A DNA stretch of 53,388 nt from Prorocentrum cordatum. Taxonomy: Eukaryota. The notes beneath the pieces were generated by a model. That model was given only the letters and a program-made list of their open reading frames with translations, was not told where the DNA came from and ran no database searches. Below are positions 19,640-32,926 of the stretch, one piece after another. The first letter of the stretch is position 1. Every line of letters starts with the position of its first letter. Position numbers and translations under genes: made by a program. The stretch is from NCBI GenBank assembly GCA_963575745.1, contig CAUYUJ010000320.1, positions 62,001 to 115,388 on the forward strand, given 5' to 3'.

Positions 19640-19870
19640 ACGAATGTGCGCGGCGTTACGGCGAAAACCGCATTTTGAAATCGGGCCGTCCTCCATCCGT
19701 GAAGCTCTTGCGAACTTTTGCGACGAATGTGCGCCGCGCTTAAGCGAGAACCACGCTTTGAAGCCGACCCGCCCTCCATCTGTGAAGCTGCTGCAAAAAT
19801 TTAAGACGAGTGTGTGCGGCGTTGGAGCGAGAACCGCATTATGAAAACAACCCGCCCCCCATCCGTGAGA
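19640..19870. repeat. Degenerate tandem repeat of about 84 bp, three copies
   Basis: ACGAATGTGCGC…GAGAACCGCA…CCATCCGTGA recurs. Confidence 0.75.
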
Positions 19871-22398
19871 GAAAAACAAAATCTCAGCTGCAGGATCGTA
19901 AATGGTGAAGACGTTTCACGCGAAGCGCCCGGCACCCCGTGCCGACACGTATTGGGTTGCGACAGGGAGGATTTGTTCACAAGGGGAAGGAATGCAGGGG
20001 GAGGACGAGAAGGAGGAGGAGGAGGAGGTGAAGGAGGAGGAGGAGGAGGAGGATCTGACGGTACGGGCCTTGGCGGCCAGCAGCCTGGCGAAGAAGAAAG
20101 GACGAGGAGGAGGAGGAGGAAGAGGAGGAGGAGGGAGGAGGAGGAGCAGGAGGAGGAGGAAGACTGGAGGAGGAGGGGGGGGGGCAGAACTGGAGCTGGA
20201 GGATGACTGGAGGAATAGGAGAAAGGGGGGGCACACGGGAGGAGGAAGCGGAGGAGGACCGGCGGAGCGCAGGAGGACCCCGTCGTGACTGGCGAGCAAG
20301 CGGCAGGCGTTGGCTCACGTCTGGGCCTCCAGAGGCCCGCTCCAGGCCCCATGGCATTCAAAAGCGCTTCGGGGAGAAACGGCTCCCGCGTCACGTGTAA
20401 ACCGTGTCGCCCAACTCGGGCAGCAAGTCTGCCCGATGCACAACCTCACCGTGGCCACGGTGGCCGTGCCTGGCAGGCACTTCTGCGCTCGAGGCTTGCT
20501 CGGCGCTTGCGTTTTGGGACTCTGGGTCCGCGAACCGCGCGCGGCCCCTTAGATGCCGACCTCGCCGCCGGTGGAAATCGGACCGCCGAGCGTCGTGGAG
20601 CAGCCGTTTTCTTGGCAGTGGCAGCGCGCATAGCCACCAGGGCCCCCTGAAACATCGCCCTGGCCCTGTCGAGGTCTTGCGGACTCACTCATCCACCACG
20701 CGCACTTGCGCGTCGCTTCCAACGCGCCGTGGGCGTTGCGCCCCCATGGCACCAGGTCGGCCGCCTGGCCGGAATCTGGACGCATGGCCTCGTACATCGG
20801 CATAGCACTGGAGTCCGTCCGACGTCGGCTGCCCAAGTCTGCATGTACTTCATGGTCGTCTTCTGCCGGCGCACTCCGCACTGTTCGCACCCCTGCAGCA
20901 GATCACGGCTCGATCCCAGAGCCTTCGTCTGTTCGGTCGGGTGGCTGCAGTCCTCTGGTCGGCGCTTCCCCGGCCTGGCCCCCTTAGACGCCAGCAGCTG
21001 ATAGCCAAACCCGACTGGTCTGAACGCCACCGCCGCCAACTGACTCGGCTTGGCGGCCTTCGCCTGCTGACCCTTCTCAGCCTGCTCCAGTCAGGTGACC
21101 GTTGAACGCGTCGGCGGCAACTGCTCCTCCTGCGCGCGGCCCCGCTGGAAGGTCGCCCCAGACTGGCTCGCGGCCCGCGCGGCAGCGGGCGACCGACGCG
21201 CCTCCAGCAGCGCGCCAATCATAGACGCAAGCGATGAAAAAAACAAATTCTGGGGCGGACGATCAAAAAATGATTCCGCCGGCCTGGTTGCCCCCAAACT
21301 AGGGGAGGGGGGGGGGGGGCAGGCCGACGGGGGGCAGATAATCCCGGGCTGTCTGGGGGGGCCCCGGGGGCGCCCACAGGCAGACAATTCAAAGCCAGGG
21401 GGGGGGGCGACGATTCAGAGCCGCAGGGGCCGAAGGGACCTGGCCGACGGAGGGCGGGCAATCCCAGGCTGCGCGGGGGGCTGCGGGGACCCCGCGGGCC
21501 GAGACAATTTGAAGCCGCACGGGTGGCCACTCGGCGCGGCAGGGGCCACGGGGGCATGGCCGACGGAGGGCGGACAATCATCCCACGGGCTGACAACCCT
21601 CCTCCTCCGCCTCCTCTCCCCCCTCCTCCCTCCCACCCGCGCTATCCTCCTGCACCTCCGCCTCCGCCTCCTCCTCCTCCTCCTCCTCCTCCTCCTCCTC
21701 CTCCTCCTCCTCCTCCTCCTCCTCCTCCTCCTCCGTCCCCTCCCTCCTCCATCCTGCAGCTGCGAAAATACAGCGCCGACGCTGCGCGACTGCAGCGCCG
21801 CGGGTGGACGAGCGAGCGCAGGGGGGGGATTGAACGCGTCAGTTCGAGCGCGGCGGAAAAAAATGCCCCAGAGGGGGGGGCAGACGATTGAAACAACAGT
21901 TCTGGCGGCTGAGTTTTAGTAGTCTTCCAAGACAACCCATATGTTAGCTCCCCTCCTAATCCTCCTCTTTTTTTTAACATTGGCCACGCAAAAGGTCTCG
22001 CAGGCCGCTCCCAGCCCCAACTGAACTGAAAAAACAAGGCGCGGGAGGGCGGGACAAACGGCCCAACACTCGAGCCTTCACAGGGCGGCGGCCCTGCACG
22101 GGTGCGCGAAGAAACGAGGAGGGGGAGGGAGTCTAACATCGCTTCACCTTCGTGAATCCGAGCTTTGAGGCCCTCGGGGGGAGAGGTCGTCGGATCGGTC
22201 GCCCCCGCTCGCTGCTCGCGCTCGCGCCCCGACTTCGGCGCGGAGGGCGCCCGGCTCGGCGAGAGGGCTCCGAGCGCCCCGCCGTCGGCTCGTGGGCGGC
22301 GCCCGCTGCTCGCGCGCGGCTTTGGAAAAACGCGGCGGCGGCGGCGTCGGCATCGTCGTCGTCGTCGTCGGCGTCGTCGGCGTCGGCGGCGGCGTCGA

Positions 22399-22456
<58 letters not shown>

Positions 22457-22899
22457 ATCGTCGACGTCGTCGGCGGCGTCGGCGTCGACGCTTCTTTCGG
22501 CGGCGCGCCCAGGGGGGACGTGCGAAGAGGCGGGCCTTCTGAGAAGGCTCGGAAGCCCCCCCCCCCGCCACCTGAGAAGCTTTCTGGGCCTTGCCCGAGG
22601 ACGCAGAGAACTTCTCAGAAGGCGCGAGGGCTTCCGAGAAGCCCCAAAGCCTTCCGAGAAGGCCATCTCCTTCTCACCCCCCCTCCTCGCTCGCCGCCGA
22701 TTCTTCCAACCGCGCGGGTCATGGGCGGCAGCGGGGGAGGAAACCCGGGCAGCTCGCTACGTTCTGTCGTCGGCTGGTCGTTCTTCCCAGGCGGCAGCGC
22801 CTGGTGCCGCCGACGGCTTCGAACGGGCATCTTGGTCTGCTCGCTTGCCCCCTCGCTCGTGACAGCGTCGCGGACTTCTCGCGTTCTTCAGGGTTTTCG

Positions 22900-24330
22900 C
22901 GCGCGCGACCAAGTGGGGATTTCCCAGTCGGTCGCGCGCGCGCGCGCGTACCCGTGGGCCTCGGCCTACGTGGCGGCCAGGGAAAATCGCGCGGTGGAAG
23001 CGGCGCGCGTCGCGAAAGCCGCTGACCGAGTCCACGGGGAACATCCGCGGCGCCTCCTTGCCAGTCTTGCCGGACACCGCGCGAGCGGCCCTGGCCCCGC
23101 TGACGCCCGCCGCGCCGACCGGCGCACGAGGCACTTCGTCTGCCCCGCGGCGCCTCCACGGAAGGCGCTCGGGGGGGGTCGCCGTCGCCTGCGGCTTGAG
23201 ACCCAAGTCGTTCAGCATCTTCCTGCGCCTGTCAAAGGCGATGGCCCAGAAGCAATCGCGCCCGCGAGCTCGGCGCAGTGGCGACCGCAAAGACCGCGAA
23301 CGTGGCGGGCTGAGCTGGCGTCGCCGACGTAGACTGGAACGGGAGCTCGGCGGACGGCGCCATCGCAAACGGGCTGGTCCTGCGAGGTTCGCCGCGAGCG
23401 CCCCTCGAACATCTCGCCGCGATTGCGCCCATGCTGCCAACCATCTGGTCTCCTCCTCTTCGCTCTCGGCCTTCGGGTCGAACGGGGCGAGCGTCTCACC
23501 CGCATCGCTGTCTAGCCAATAACCGTAATCGCCTCGCCTTCGGCTGGGCCCTTATCTGCTTCAACCTCGTCCAGTCAGTCATCGGCGTCATCAGTCCCAG
23601 CTGCTGCCCACGCGCCTCCGACGTCTACTGACGAGGCCCTTCCAGCGACGAAAACGAGGAAATTATGATTAGCATCCATGGTATTCGGGGAGCTGGGCGC
23701 CGCGTTTCACGATGACGCCTGCCAGCCCCACCTGGCGCAGCTAGGGAAACTTCCTGGCCAAGTACCACGTCTGAGTGTCATCGTGGCGTTCCTCTCGCGA
23801 TCGCCTCGGAAGACCGATCCACCGATCGATACTTCGAACTCCATATCTAGTTGCACTTGCTTACGAAGTGCGAACACAGCGTCCCTCCCTATTTCGCTCG
23901 TCAAGACATGCTCTGACACTTGGTTCGCTGCTGATATTATCTCCTAACTGGCAGACAGAGGCTGGGACAGCTTGGTGCCATGCCTCCTTCCTTGGGACCA
24001 CCGTGCCGTGCCTCCAGCCCGCCGGCGACTTCAGCCAGGGTCGACAAGTCGTCAGGGGATTTTCTCCGCTCTATTGTGACATGGGGTCCCTGTAGGGCGT
24101 CGGCAGAACCGGGTTTCGTGGAACCTGGTTCAGTGTACGGCAGACCCGGTCTTGTGATTCTGGCCGCTTCTGGGACTCTGGGGCCCCACTGCTAAACGGG
24201 TCCCCTGACCCCGGGGTCCTGGCTACACTTTTTGGTCTGCGGGTCGGGAGCGGGCCCCTTCCAGTCAAGAGCTAAGCGGGACGCGGGTAGCCCTAATTGG
24301 GGAGGGTCCTGGCTACACCCGACCCTGTAC
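22900..24330 (-). pseudogene. Probable decayed LTR-retrotransposon gag/aspartic-protease remnant
   Basis: Frameshifted fragments include an acidic linker then WLAAWAQSRRDVRGALAA, a degenerate AVxxTA protease-like motif, APVGAAGVSG and EAPRMFPV. Pattern recognition only. Confidence 0.35.
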
Positions 24331-24979
24331 ATCTGTCGACCATGCCCTGCTCTGGCGGCTCGCGCCGCCCTCCGCCTCGCATGGCGCCTGGCTCGGCTCC
24401 TGGGCAGCTGCCTGGCCGCCATGCCTCCCAGCTTGCGTCGGGCGCCCAGGCTGCCGGCGCTGTGCCGGCGGCCACGGCGGCCATGGCGGCCGGGGCTGCC
24501 TCGGCGCGCGGCGCGGCCGATAGCGGCGCCACGGACCGCGTCGCGGCAGCGCCAGCCTGCGCGGGTCGAAGCCCCGAGCCGATGGCATCGCCCACAGCCG
24601 CGGCCACGCCCCAGGCGGCCCCGCGCCGGGCGGTCTCGGCGGCAGACGCGGCGCTCCAGGCGCCCGCTGCGCCGCTGGCATCCCTGGCGGCTCGGCCGGC
24701 GGTGCCAGCCAGCCGGCCCTTCCTGCTGGCGGGCCTTCCAGCCATCTGGCAAGAATGCCTGGATAGGTTTCACTCAGCCCGTCGAACGGAAAGTGTCTAA
24801 GGAGTTTGCTGGCCAGCCTGTCGAAAAAGACCCGCCCCCGTGCCACGGAGTGGGCAAGTCCTCACATCCTTTGCCAACTCCCTCGAGCTCTTTTAAGAGG
24901 CCCGGACCCCAATCTGCCAAATCCCTCGGGGCTTCTCGCGTGCCCCGTGGGGCTTCCCGCGGCTTGTCGCGTGACCCTC

Positions 24980-25580
24980 CCGGAGCCAAGAGGGCCCCAA
25001 GACGGGCCAAGAGGGCTCCAAGACGCCCCGATGACGGTCCAAGAGGGCCCCGAGTCGCCGAACGATCGGCGCAAGATGCCCCAAAACGGCCCGAAGACGG
25101 CCCAAGAGGCCTCCAAGACGCCCCAAGCGACCTTGCAAGGGGGCCCCAAGAGGCAAAACTCAGTGATCCCCCTTAGATGGTTGAGCGATTTGGGCGTTCT
25201 CGCCTTTTCTGTTTTCCGACGCTCCAAAAAAAAACCAAGACCAAGAAGCCGTCAAGAGGGCTCCAAGACGGCCCACGAGCGCCCCAACACGGCCAAAGAG
25301 GCGCCCAAGACGGCCCCAGAGGGCCCCAAGTCGGCCCCAAAGGGGCCCCAGAGAGGGAACTCGAACTGCAAATCCAAGCCTCCCGCCCCAGGAGGCCCCA
25401 GAAGGCCCCCAGGTGCCCCCAAGAAGCCCCAAGAGGCCCCCAAGAGGCCCACAAGAGCCCCCAAGAGGCCCCAAAGGGGCCCACAAGAGACTCCAAAAAA
25501 GGCCCCCAAACGGCCCCGTAAGAGGCCTCCAACGTGTCCCCAAGAGGCCCCCGAGAGGCCTCCCACGAGATCCCAACGAA
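24980..25580. repeat. Degenerate CCCCAAGAGG-type minisatellite (also at about 2600, 28380-28930, 42240-42570, 43060-43210, 45570-45890)
   Basis: Recurrent units of about 11 bp (GGCCCCAAGA). Confidence 0.85.
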
Positions 25581-25760
25581 CATCCAATGGGCTTCACAAT
25601 CACAGCCCGGGCACGGTGGCGAAAGATAGTGACCGACCGTCTCTACAGTGACGACCTGGGGCCGAGTTATGCTCGAGCTGGTGCGTCAGGTCGCCCCGGC
25701 GGCCTCTTGAGTGCACGGGCGTGACAGGAACCACGCACACCGCTACCAGTGAAGACTGTA

Positions 25761-25933
25761 CAATCAAAAACCCAAATGAGGACGCGCGGTAAGGACGCAA
25801 GACCCTTGGAAGCCGAAGTTGGGATGTTTGGGGCGGCGGCCGACGAAAACCTCAAGGACGCAAGAGCAAGGAAGAGCAAGGACGCTAGGGTACCCTGAGC
25901 AAAGTCGCGCATCCTCATTAGGGTTTTTGACTG
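25761..25933. mobile_element. Tc1/mariner-type MITE (family Q)
   Basis: TA|CAATCAAAAACCC…GGGTTTTTGACTG|TA; homologue at 30262-30410. Confidence 0.8.
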
Positions 25934-26152
25934 TAAGGGCGATGCTGCTATTCGAGAGAACCTAATGTGTGCACGCACGCTTCACCGGTGCAGAGTCCCA
26001 TCCTCACCCGCTAGTGGAGCCGCCCCGTCCCTCGAAAAAATCCCCGCCCTCCTCTCCAGCCCCCCCTCCCCCTTTCTCAAGCGAGGTTACCCCCCAAAAC
26101 CTAGCACCTCCTCGGGGGGGGTTCACCCCCATCCTTCCCTCCTCGCCGCCGC

Positions 26153-26222
<70 letters not shown>

Positions 26223-26414
26223 TCGCTTGCCTGCAGGCGAGGGGCGTCTGTCGGGAGGGCGGGCGGGACACGTCGTCGTCGTCCTTTGACAGCGACTCGG
26301 TGGGGCGGGCAGGCGGGCGGGACAGCGTCGCGGGCAGTCGGGCACACGGGCGGAAGACATCGTTTTCGTTGTCGTCATGGTCGTCCTCGTCCACGTCGTC
26401 GTCGCCGCCGCCGC

Positions 26415-26463
<49 letters not shown>

Positions 26464-28954
26464 GTCATCGTCTTCGTCGTCTTCGTCGTCGTCGATGGCA
26501 TCGTGGGCGCTGTCGTGGGCGAGTCCATTGGTCGGGCGTGCGGGCGAGGCACGTCATCGACGTTATCGTTGGCGAGTCGGTCGGGCGGGCGGGCGGGACA
26601 GGTCGTCGGCGTCGTCGCCGCCGTGGTCTGGTCGCCGTCGCCGTCGTCGTCGTGGACGTCGTCGTCGTCTGCTGGTGCCAAGGGGGGTCGCCAGCGCTGG
26701 GGGGGGGGGGGGGGGAACCGCCGCCAACCGTCGAGATTCACTCTGGGGAGGGGGACGGGTTCGAACCCCCCTCCCCTTGACACCCCCCCGCCGCGTACTC
26801 ACAAGACGCTCGTTCTGAGATTCACAGCAATATTTTTGATAAACAGGGTTCGCCAATTGGGGCTCCGATCTCGGCTCCAAACGAATGCGGAGGAGGCAAA
26901 CGAGAGATATGAGGCAGAGGGCAAAGCAACAGGATTATAGCATGACAAGGAGGATGTGGAGGAGGAGGAGGAGGAGGAGGAGGAGGAGGAGGAGGAGGAG
27001 GAGGAGAAGGAGGGGGGAGGACGAGGAGGGATGAGAAGTGAGGAGGGTCACGAGGGAAGCAGGTGAACGAGAAGGAGAAGGATGAAGAGGGGGATGAGAA
27101 GGAGGGGAGGAGGAGAGGAGGAGGAGGAGGAGGAGAAGTGAATGAACCTCGCTCTTTTGAAGGGCCCTGTGGCGCCGCACGCGGTCCGCGCGCCCACGAC
27201 CGGGGCCGCCCCCGTGCGCGGCTGCGCGCAGCAGGGGGAGCCCCCAAGTTGACGGGCGCCCGACCTTGGCCTCCCAGGGAAGGGGGGGAGAAAAAAAGGA
27301 GGGACGAGGAAGAGGAAGGAAGGAGGGAGGAGGGAGGGAGGAAGGAGGGAGGGAAAAGGGGGAGGAGGGAGGGAGGAAGGAGGGAGGGGAAGGAGGGAGG
27401 GAGGGAGGGAGGAGGGAGGGAGGAAAAAGGGGGAGAAAAAAAAAGGAGGGAGGAGGAGGAAGATGATGAGCAGGACAAGGAGGAGGAAGAGGATGAGGAG
27501 GAACAGGGGGAGGAGGGGGCGGAGGGAGGAGGGGGGAGGCAACGAAGAAAACGGGAGAGGAAGATAGGAGGATAGGATGAGAAGGAATCGAAAGAGGAAA
27601 TTTACAATGAGCGCGAGGAGAGGAGGAGGGAGCAAGAGGGAGGAGGGGGAGGAAGAGAAGGATCAGTGCGACGTCAGCTACCATCGCAGGTCGCACCGCG
27701 CGATGCGCGACGCGTGACCATCTTCGCACGCGCGCGCTGCCTCCTGGAGAAGGGCGCCGCTCCCGTCCAGGCCGAGACGCGCGAGGCGCGATTTCCTTCG
27801 CGCACGGGGGGGGGGGGGCGCGGGCGGGGGGAGGCAGTTTACAAGGGAGGGACATGTTTTGCTAATTAGAAACGAATCTCGGCAGCTGATGGCGAGCTGT
27901 GGTGCGCAGACCGGTTGTCGAGGCCTGAAATCTCGTGGTGGGCTTATTCTTGATTTGCGCATGGCTCGGAGCTAGCTCAGGACTGGGGCGCTCGAAGCTG
28001 GCTAAATGGAAGCAGCTCACGTCGGGGGTGCATGTGCGAATGCACTCGGGTCTAAATCCGCCGACCCTGTCGGAGTGTGAAAGAGGCTATTCCGTCTCGC
28101 TCGTCTTCGTCGACGTCGTCGTCGTCGTCGCCGCTCCCTCTCTTTCCCTGGGCCCGTCGCCGCTCTCCCCTGTTCCTGGGCCCTCCTCCTCCCGCGCGCC
28201 AGCCAAACGAAATCGAGCAACGTCGCAGCTGAGTCGAAGGGGAGCCCCTTCCCTTTGATCTCTTCCCCGCCAGGGGGGGGGGGGTCCTGGGGGGGGCGGT
28301 CCCGGGGAAAGCCCCCGGGGGGGGGTCCCGGGTCAGAATACCACCTCCCTGGGGGGGGCCCGGGGCCCCAAAAAATCCCGAAACGTGCCAAGAGTACCCC
28401 GAGAGGCTCCCAAGAAGGTCCAAGAGGACCCCGAATCGCCGAACGATCGGTCCAAGACGTCTTTACGGCCTCCACGCGGCCCAAGCAGGCTAGAAGACGC
28501 CCCAAGAGGCCTCGAAAAGCACTCCCAACAGAGCCCCCACAGGCAAAATTCACTGATTCACTTTGAATTTCCCGAAGCGCCAAAACGGCCTGAGAGGCTC
28601 GCCCCAAGAAGCCTCCAAGAGGGTCCCGAAACAGGCCAAAGAGGACCCGACGACAGCCCAAGACGCCTGCAAGTCGGCCGAGAGGAGCCCCCCGAGAGGG
28701 CTCCAAGAGGGTGCCCAGATAAGGAACCAAACGGACATTTCGGGCGCCCGGCCCCGAGAGGCTCCCAGGAGGCCCCCAAAAGGCCCCCATGAAGCTCCGA
28801 GAAGCCCCCAAGAGGCCCCCCGGAAGCCCCGAAACGCCCCCAAGAGGCCCCCAAAATGCCCCCAAAGGATTCCCCAAACTGCCCCCGAGAGGCCTCCGAG
28901 AGCGCTCCGAAGAGACCCCCAAAAGAATCCCTGAGGACTCTGACCAACGTCACT

Positions 28955-29027
<73 letters not shown>

Positions 29028-29049
29028 GCGTCGGCGTCGGCGTCGGCGT

Positions 29050-29130
<81 letters not shown>

Positions 29131-29135
29131 TCGTC
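28955..29135. repeat. (CGT)n/(CGGCGT)n microsatellite (similar tracts at 22340-22490 and 26155-26480)
   Basis: Direct inspection. Confidence 0.95.
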
Positions 29136-30261
29136 GCCTCCCTTCAGGGTCGGCGGCGCCGGCCGCAAGGCGTTCGCAATGCTGCGGGGGCGAGGACGAC
29201 GCGGCTGCGCCGCGCCCGGCCTCACGCAATTGATGACTCGCCCTTCTTTGCTAGCTCTTGGCGGACAACAGCGCGGGGAAGGGAAGGGGGGAAGAGGGAG
29301 AGCGAAAGGCGCTCTGACTGCGGTTGCTGTTTCAGCTTGAAAACAATGTCGCGTGGTAGGCGGCCCCCCTAGGATGATCTCGTCCTGTCGGTGACCCAGG
29401 GACTTGCCATTGATGACTCGGCTCTACTTGGACTCGCTCTCTTGGAGACTTCGGCTGGGCGGCAGGATTATTCTGCGCCCAGAATGAACTACCACGGGCG
29501 CGGCAGTTTATTGGGGCGCTGGCGGGATGCCCTGCCGCGCGCAGTAAGTGGCCGCGCTGAGCATGGCACAAGCTGCGCATGCTAGCAAAGGCCCCACGAC
29601 ATCCCTCGTCGGTGGGGGGGCGCGTATGGGGCCGCTGAAAAGGGCGGGCTGCCTTCTTCTGGCGACGCTGCGGCGCCGGCAGTTGAGACAGGTCCAATAT
29701 CCTTCCGGACGCCACCTTCATTCGACCAGGATGAGGCCGACTCCAACGGCGTGAGAAGCTACAAATGGGGCGGGGCGTGGGGAAGCGGACGACGGCGAGG
29801 AAGCGGGGCCCCCTGCAGCCGAGCTGGAACTCGCCCATGGCACCGCGATAGCATTACCTGGGCCACATACGGCAAGAGCCTCCGCAATGAAGGCGCAATT
29901 GGCGGACCAGCCCCGCCGGGCAACTCCGCTAGCTCGACAGCAGCCTTCGCCGCCGATGCCGCGCTTGCGCGGCGAGGAAAAAACGCTCCAAAGCTCTGGC
30001 CACAGATCTGAGGTACGTCGTGAGCAGCACGCATTCTGGATTCCCGTAACTTGGCCTCGGCTGTCGGTGGCTGGCGTGTACGCTTGCTCCCAGCGCGGTT
30101 GCTGCGCCGGCCTGCTGACCCCCGAGAGGGCATGCGTCCACTCGAGGGGTCCTGCTGGGAAGACGCGACGGTCTACGTGGGCAGTTAGCTTCGCGCGTGG
30201 GACTTTCGTCGACGCTGCTCTGGCAATTGTAAGCTTGAGCCCAGCATAGAAGGAGCGCCTC

Positions 30262-30410
30262 CAGTCAAAAACCCTAATAAGGACGCGCGGTAAGGAAGCA
30301 AGACCATTGGAAGCCGAAGTTGGGATTTTTGGGGCGGCGGACGACGAAAACCCCAAGGACGCAAGGGCACCCTGAGCAAAGTCGAGCGTCCTTATTAGGG
30401 CTTTTGACTG
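30262..30410. mobile_element. Tc1/mariner-type MITE (family Q) inserted in a LINE remnant
   Basis: CAGTCAAAAACCCTAATAAGGAC TIR with right-hand TA; internal sequence shared with 25761-25933. Confidence 0.8.
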
Positions 30411-31524
30411 TATAATGGAGGTTCTCTGACGGCTTGCAATGAAAGCCTCCTGCACTCCAGCGGTCAGCTCTGACTTCGGTCGCTACGGGGGCAGATGCGA
30501 CCGCGGCTAGGGCCGCCACACGCGCGGCGGCTGGGCTGGCTCGAGGCAGCAGGGTCCTGGCGCGCCCGCGCATCCTGGCAAATGCTTCCCCAATCTCGGA
30601 AAACTCCACGAGTCCCTGATCAGCTCGGTGGAAGCTCGGGCGTCCGTCTGTACAAGGTGCAAACAGAGCCTTACCTAACCGCGAATCCTGTCAGCGCAAA
30701 TTCGGGCGGGCCATCGATAAACCACTCGAAATACTCATCATGCCCGAAGTCCTGCACTGAGGTAGTAAAGTCTGAAGCGGCCTGGGCACCCAGCAGGAGA
30801 ATCTTAAGATCACCTGGATTGGCCAGCACATCCCACGTGTCTTGCGTGATCAACTCGCCCCGAACAAGCTGCGCCGATGATGCATGTCGTCACTATGATG
30901 CCCACGCGCACAGGTACCATCTGCGTCGTAGCCACGCTGCGGAGATGATGCTGGGCCAGAAAACATAAGCTCGCAAAGGCGCGAATCAGTGTCTTGCATC
31001 GGGCTGATCGCGTCAATGCTGCGAGGAGAGAACGAACCACGGCTGCGTGCAACTTTGCTGTGTTCGGAGCTCCTAGCTTGACAAGGGCCACGAGACCGTT
31101 CAACCTGGACCCTGCCTTCTGACAGAACACCCGAAAACATTGCTGGCGAAGTACCTGCGCAAGCTCCAACAAGCCCAATTCCAGATTGAACCGCGAAAGA
31201 AATCACAAACGCCATCCGGCACTTCGAAGACTCAGAACAGCCGCGCCCGCTTGGTCCCCGAGGCACCCCCAGCGAGCTGGCGGATGAACGAAAGCGACTC
31301 GAAGTAACCCAGAGAGAGGCTGCAAACGTCTGAAGCACGGGCTCGTCGCCGATTCACATGCCATACCCGCCCAATGCAGCGCGCGCGCCGAACCTTGCTT
31401 CAATCGTGGGCCGCCGAGCACAGACAACGACGCGCTTGTTCGTACATCCGGGGAGGCCAAGCCGACCACCTCAGCCCCATGGCGCCCCCATGGCTGCAAG
31501 CCGGACCCAGCCAAATTCTGAAAC

Positions 31525-31622
31525 TAAAAGAACAAAGCAACGCCATAAACCAAAAACATGAACTTTCGGCGCTCCGCGCGAAGCGCCAAAAGTTCATGTT
31601 TATGGTGTGTGTTCCCCTTCGA
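31525..31622. mobile_element. Internally deleted MITE family A copy
   Basis: Hairpin CATGAACTTT…GGCGCTCCGCGCGAAGCGCC…AAAGTTCATG ending in CTTCGA. Confidence 0.6.
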
Positions 31623-32894
31623 GAGAGACACGTCGGCTCGCTCGAGGGCTCTGATCCAGCCGCCCTCTATTTCAGTTTCGACGGGGGCGTGGAACGTGGA
31701 GGGGAGGAGGATCGGGAGGCAGGCCCCCTGCGCTCATGTCCCGGGCCAACGTCTCGACGATCGACCGCGCCCCAGCTGGGCCCCGCCGCCGCCGTCAACA
31801 GCGCGGGCAGGGGCACCAGTAGGCGCTGCCATGCGTTCGTCCTGACCTCGCAATGCGGGATGGCGAATAATAAAAAATCGGGAGAGAACGATTAAAAACA
31901 TAGTTTCCTGCTATTTCTGCACAATTTTCTGACTGGAGGAGAGCGATTTTTTTAAACAAAAAATGTAGAGCCCGCGGCCGGTTTTTCCTAATCGTCATCT
32001 TGGGCGCCGCCGCGTGAACACGACCCCGGGTCATTTATTAGTCGTCATCCTCCATTAGGCCTGCGCCCTTTCAGCATGTTGGACAACTGTCGAGTCGGTG
32101 TCCGTCGGGTCGGGGAAACTAGTGGAAAGTCGCCGCCGTGGCTCACGGTGGACATTGCGATGGAGGTGCCGAACGAAGGGTCCACGGCAATCGACCACGC
32201 CACGACGCTGCAAGGGCATGGCGCCACTAGCGAGGCACTTAGCTTCCGTGCCAAAGCGGCCAAATGCACAAGCCGTGGTGTAGAAACCGTGGACCATGAA
32301 GCGGAAGTGGCGGGAAATGCCGATGGTCTCGAAGCATCGCGTGAGCCGCGCCCGAGCAGCGCTCGTGAACGCCGCACCGAAGTCGAAGCTCGTGCAGAGA
32401 AGCGCGTGCCTCTCCCCCATTGCCGGACAAGCCGGGCAGGCGGCCCCTCGCGCCCAGTTCGGGGGCGCGTGCCAAGAGTGGGCGGCCAGGGGCGAAACCC
32501 TGCTGAGCGTCGCGGCATTCCGCCGGGACCGCGGCTGGACGCGCCCAGCCAGCGCTGCCGCTTCGATCTTGGAGTCGGCGCTTTTGAAGCTTGAAAGGTG
32601 CACCTGCCTTGACCAGCGGTGGCACGCCGTGACGTTCTTGGGCTCGTCGCCCTTCGGGGTGAAAGCGACATCCGAACAATTGAACTGGACGGACGCCGCT
32701 CAACTTCTTCGTTTCCAACCCACCTCCTCCTCCTCCTCCTCCTCCGCCGCCTCCTCCTCCTCCTCGTCCTCCTCCTCTTCCTCTTCCTCTTCCTCTCCTC
32801 CTCCTCCTCCTCCTCCTCCTCCTCGTCGATCCTCCTCCTCCTCCTGTTCTCCTCCTCCTCCTCCTTCTCCTCTTCCCCCTCGTCCTCGTCCTCG

Positions 32895-32926
<32 letters not shown>

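Noticed and set aside
20300..21220. Possible coding or TE remnant (TDSSA-like motif)
   Set aside because: No ordered set of motifs could be recognised, so I cannot support a call.
21523..21891. Polyproline ORFs as the formin FH1 domain
   Set aside because: These come from (CCT)n microsatellites found throughout the window, and this one is on the wrong strand for the formin.
24806..25651. Pro/Lys/Arg-rich ORFs
   Set aside because: Translations of the CCCCAAGAGG minisatellite, open in multiple frames.
30230..30250. Minus-strand GGCTCAAG as a relict spliced leader
   Set aside because: Only the last 8 nt match and it lies within a LINE remnant, so chance is a sufficient explanation.
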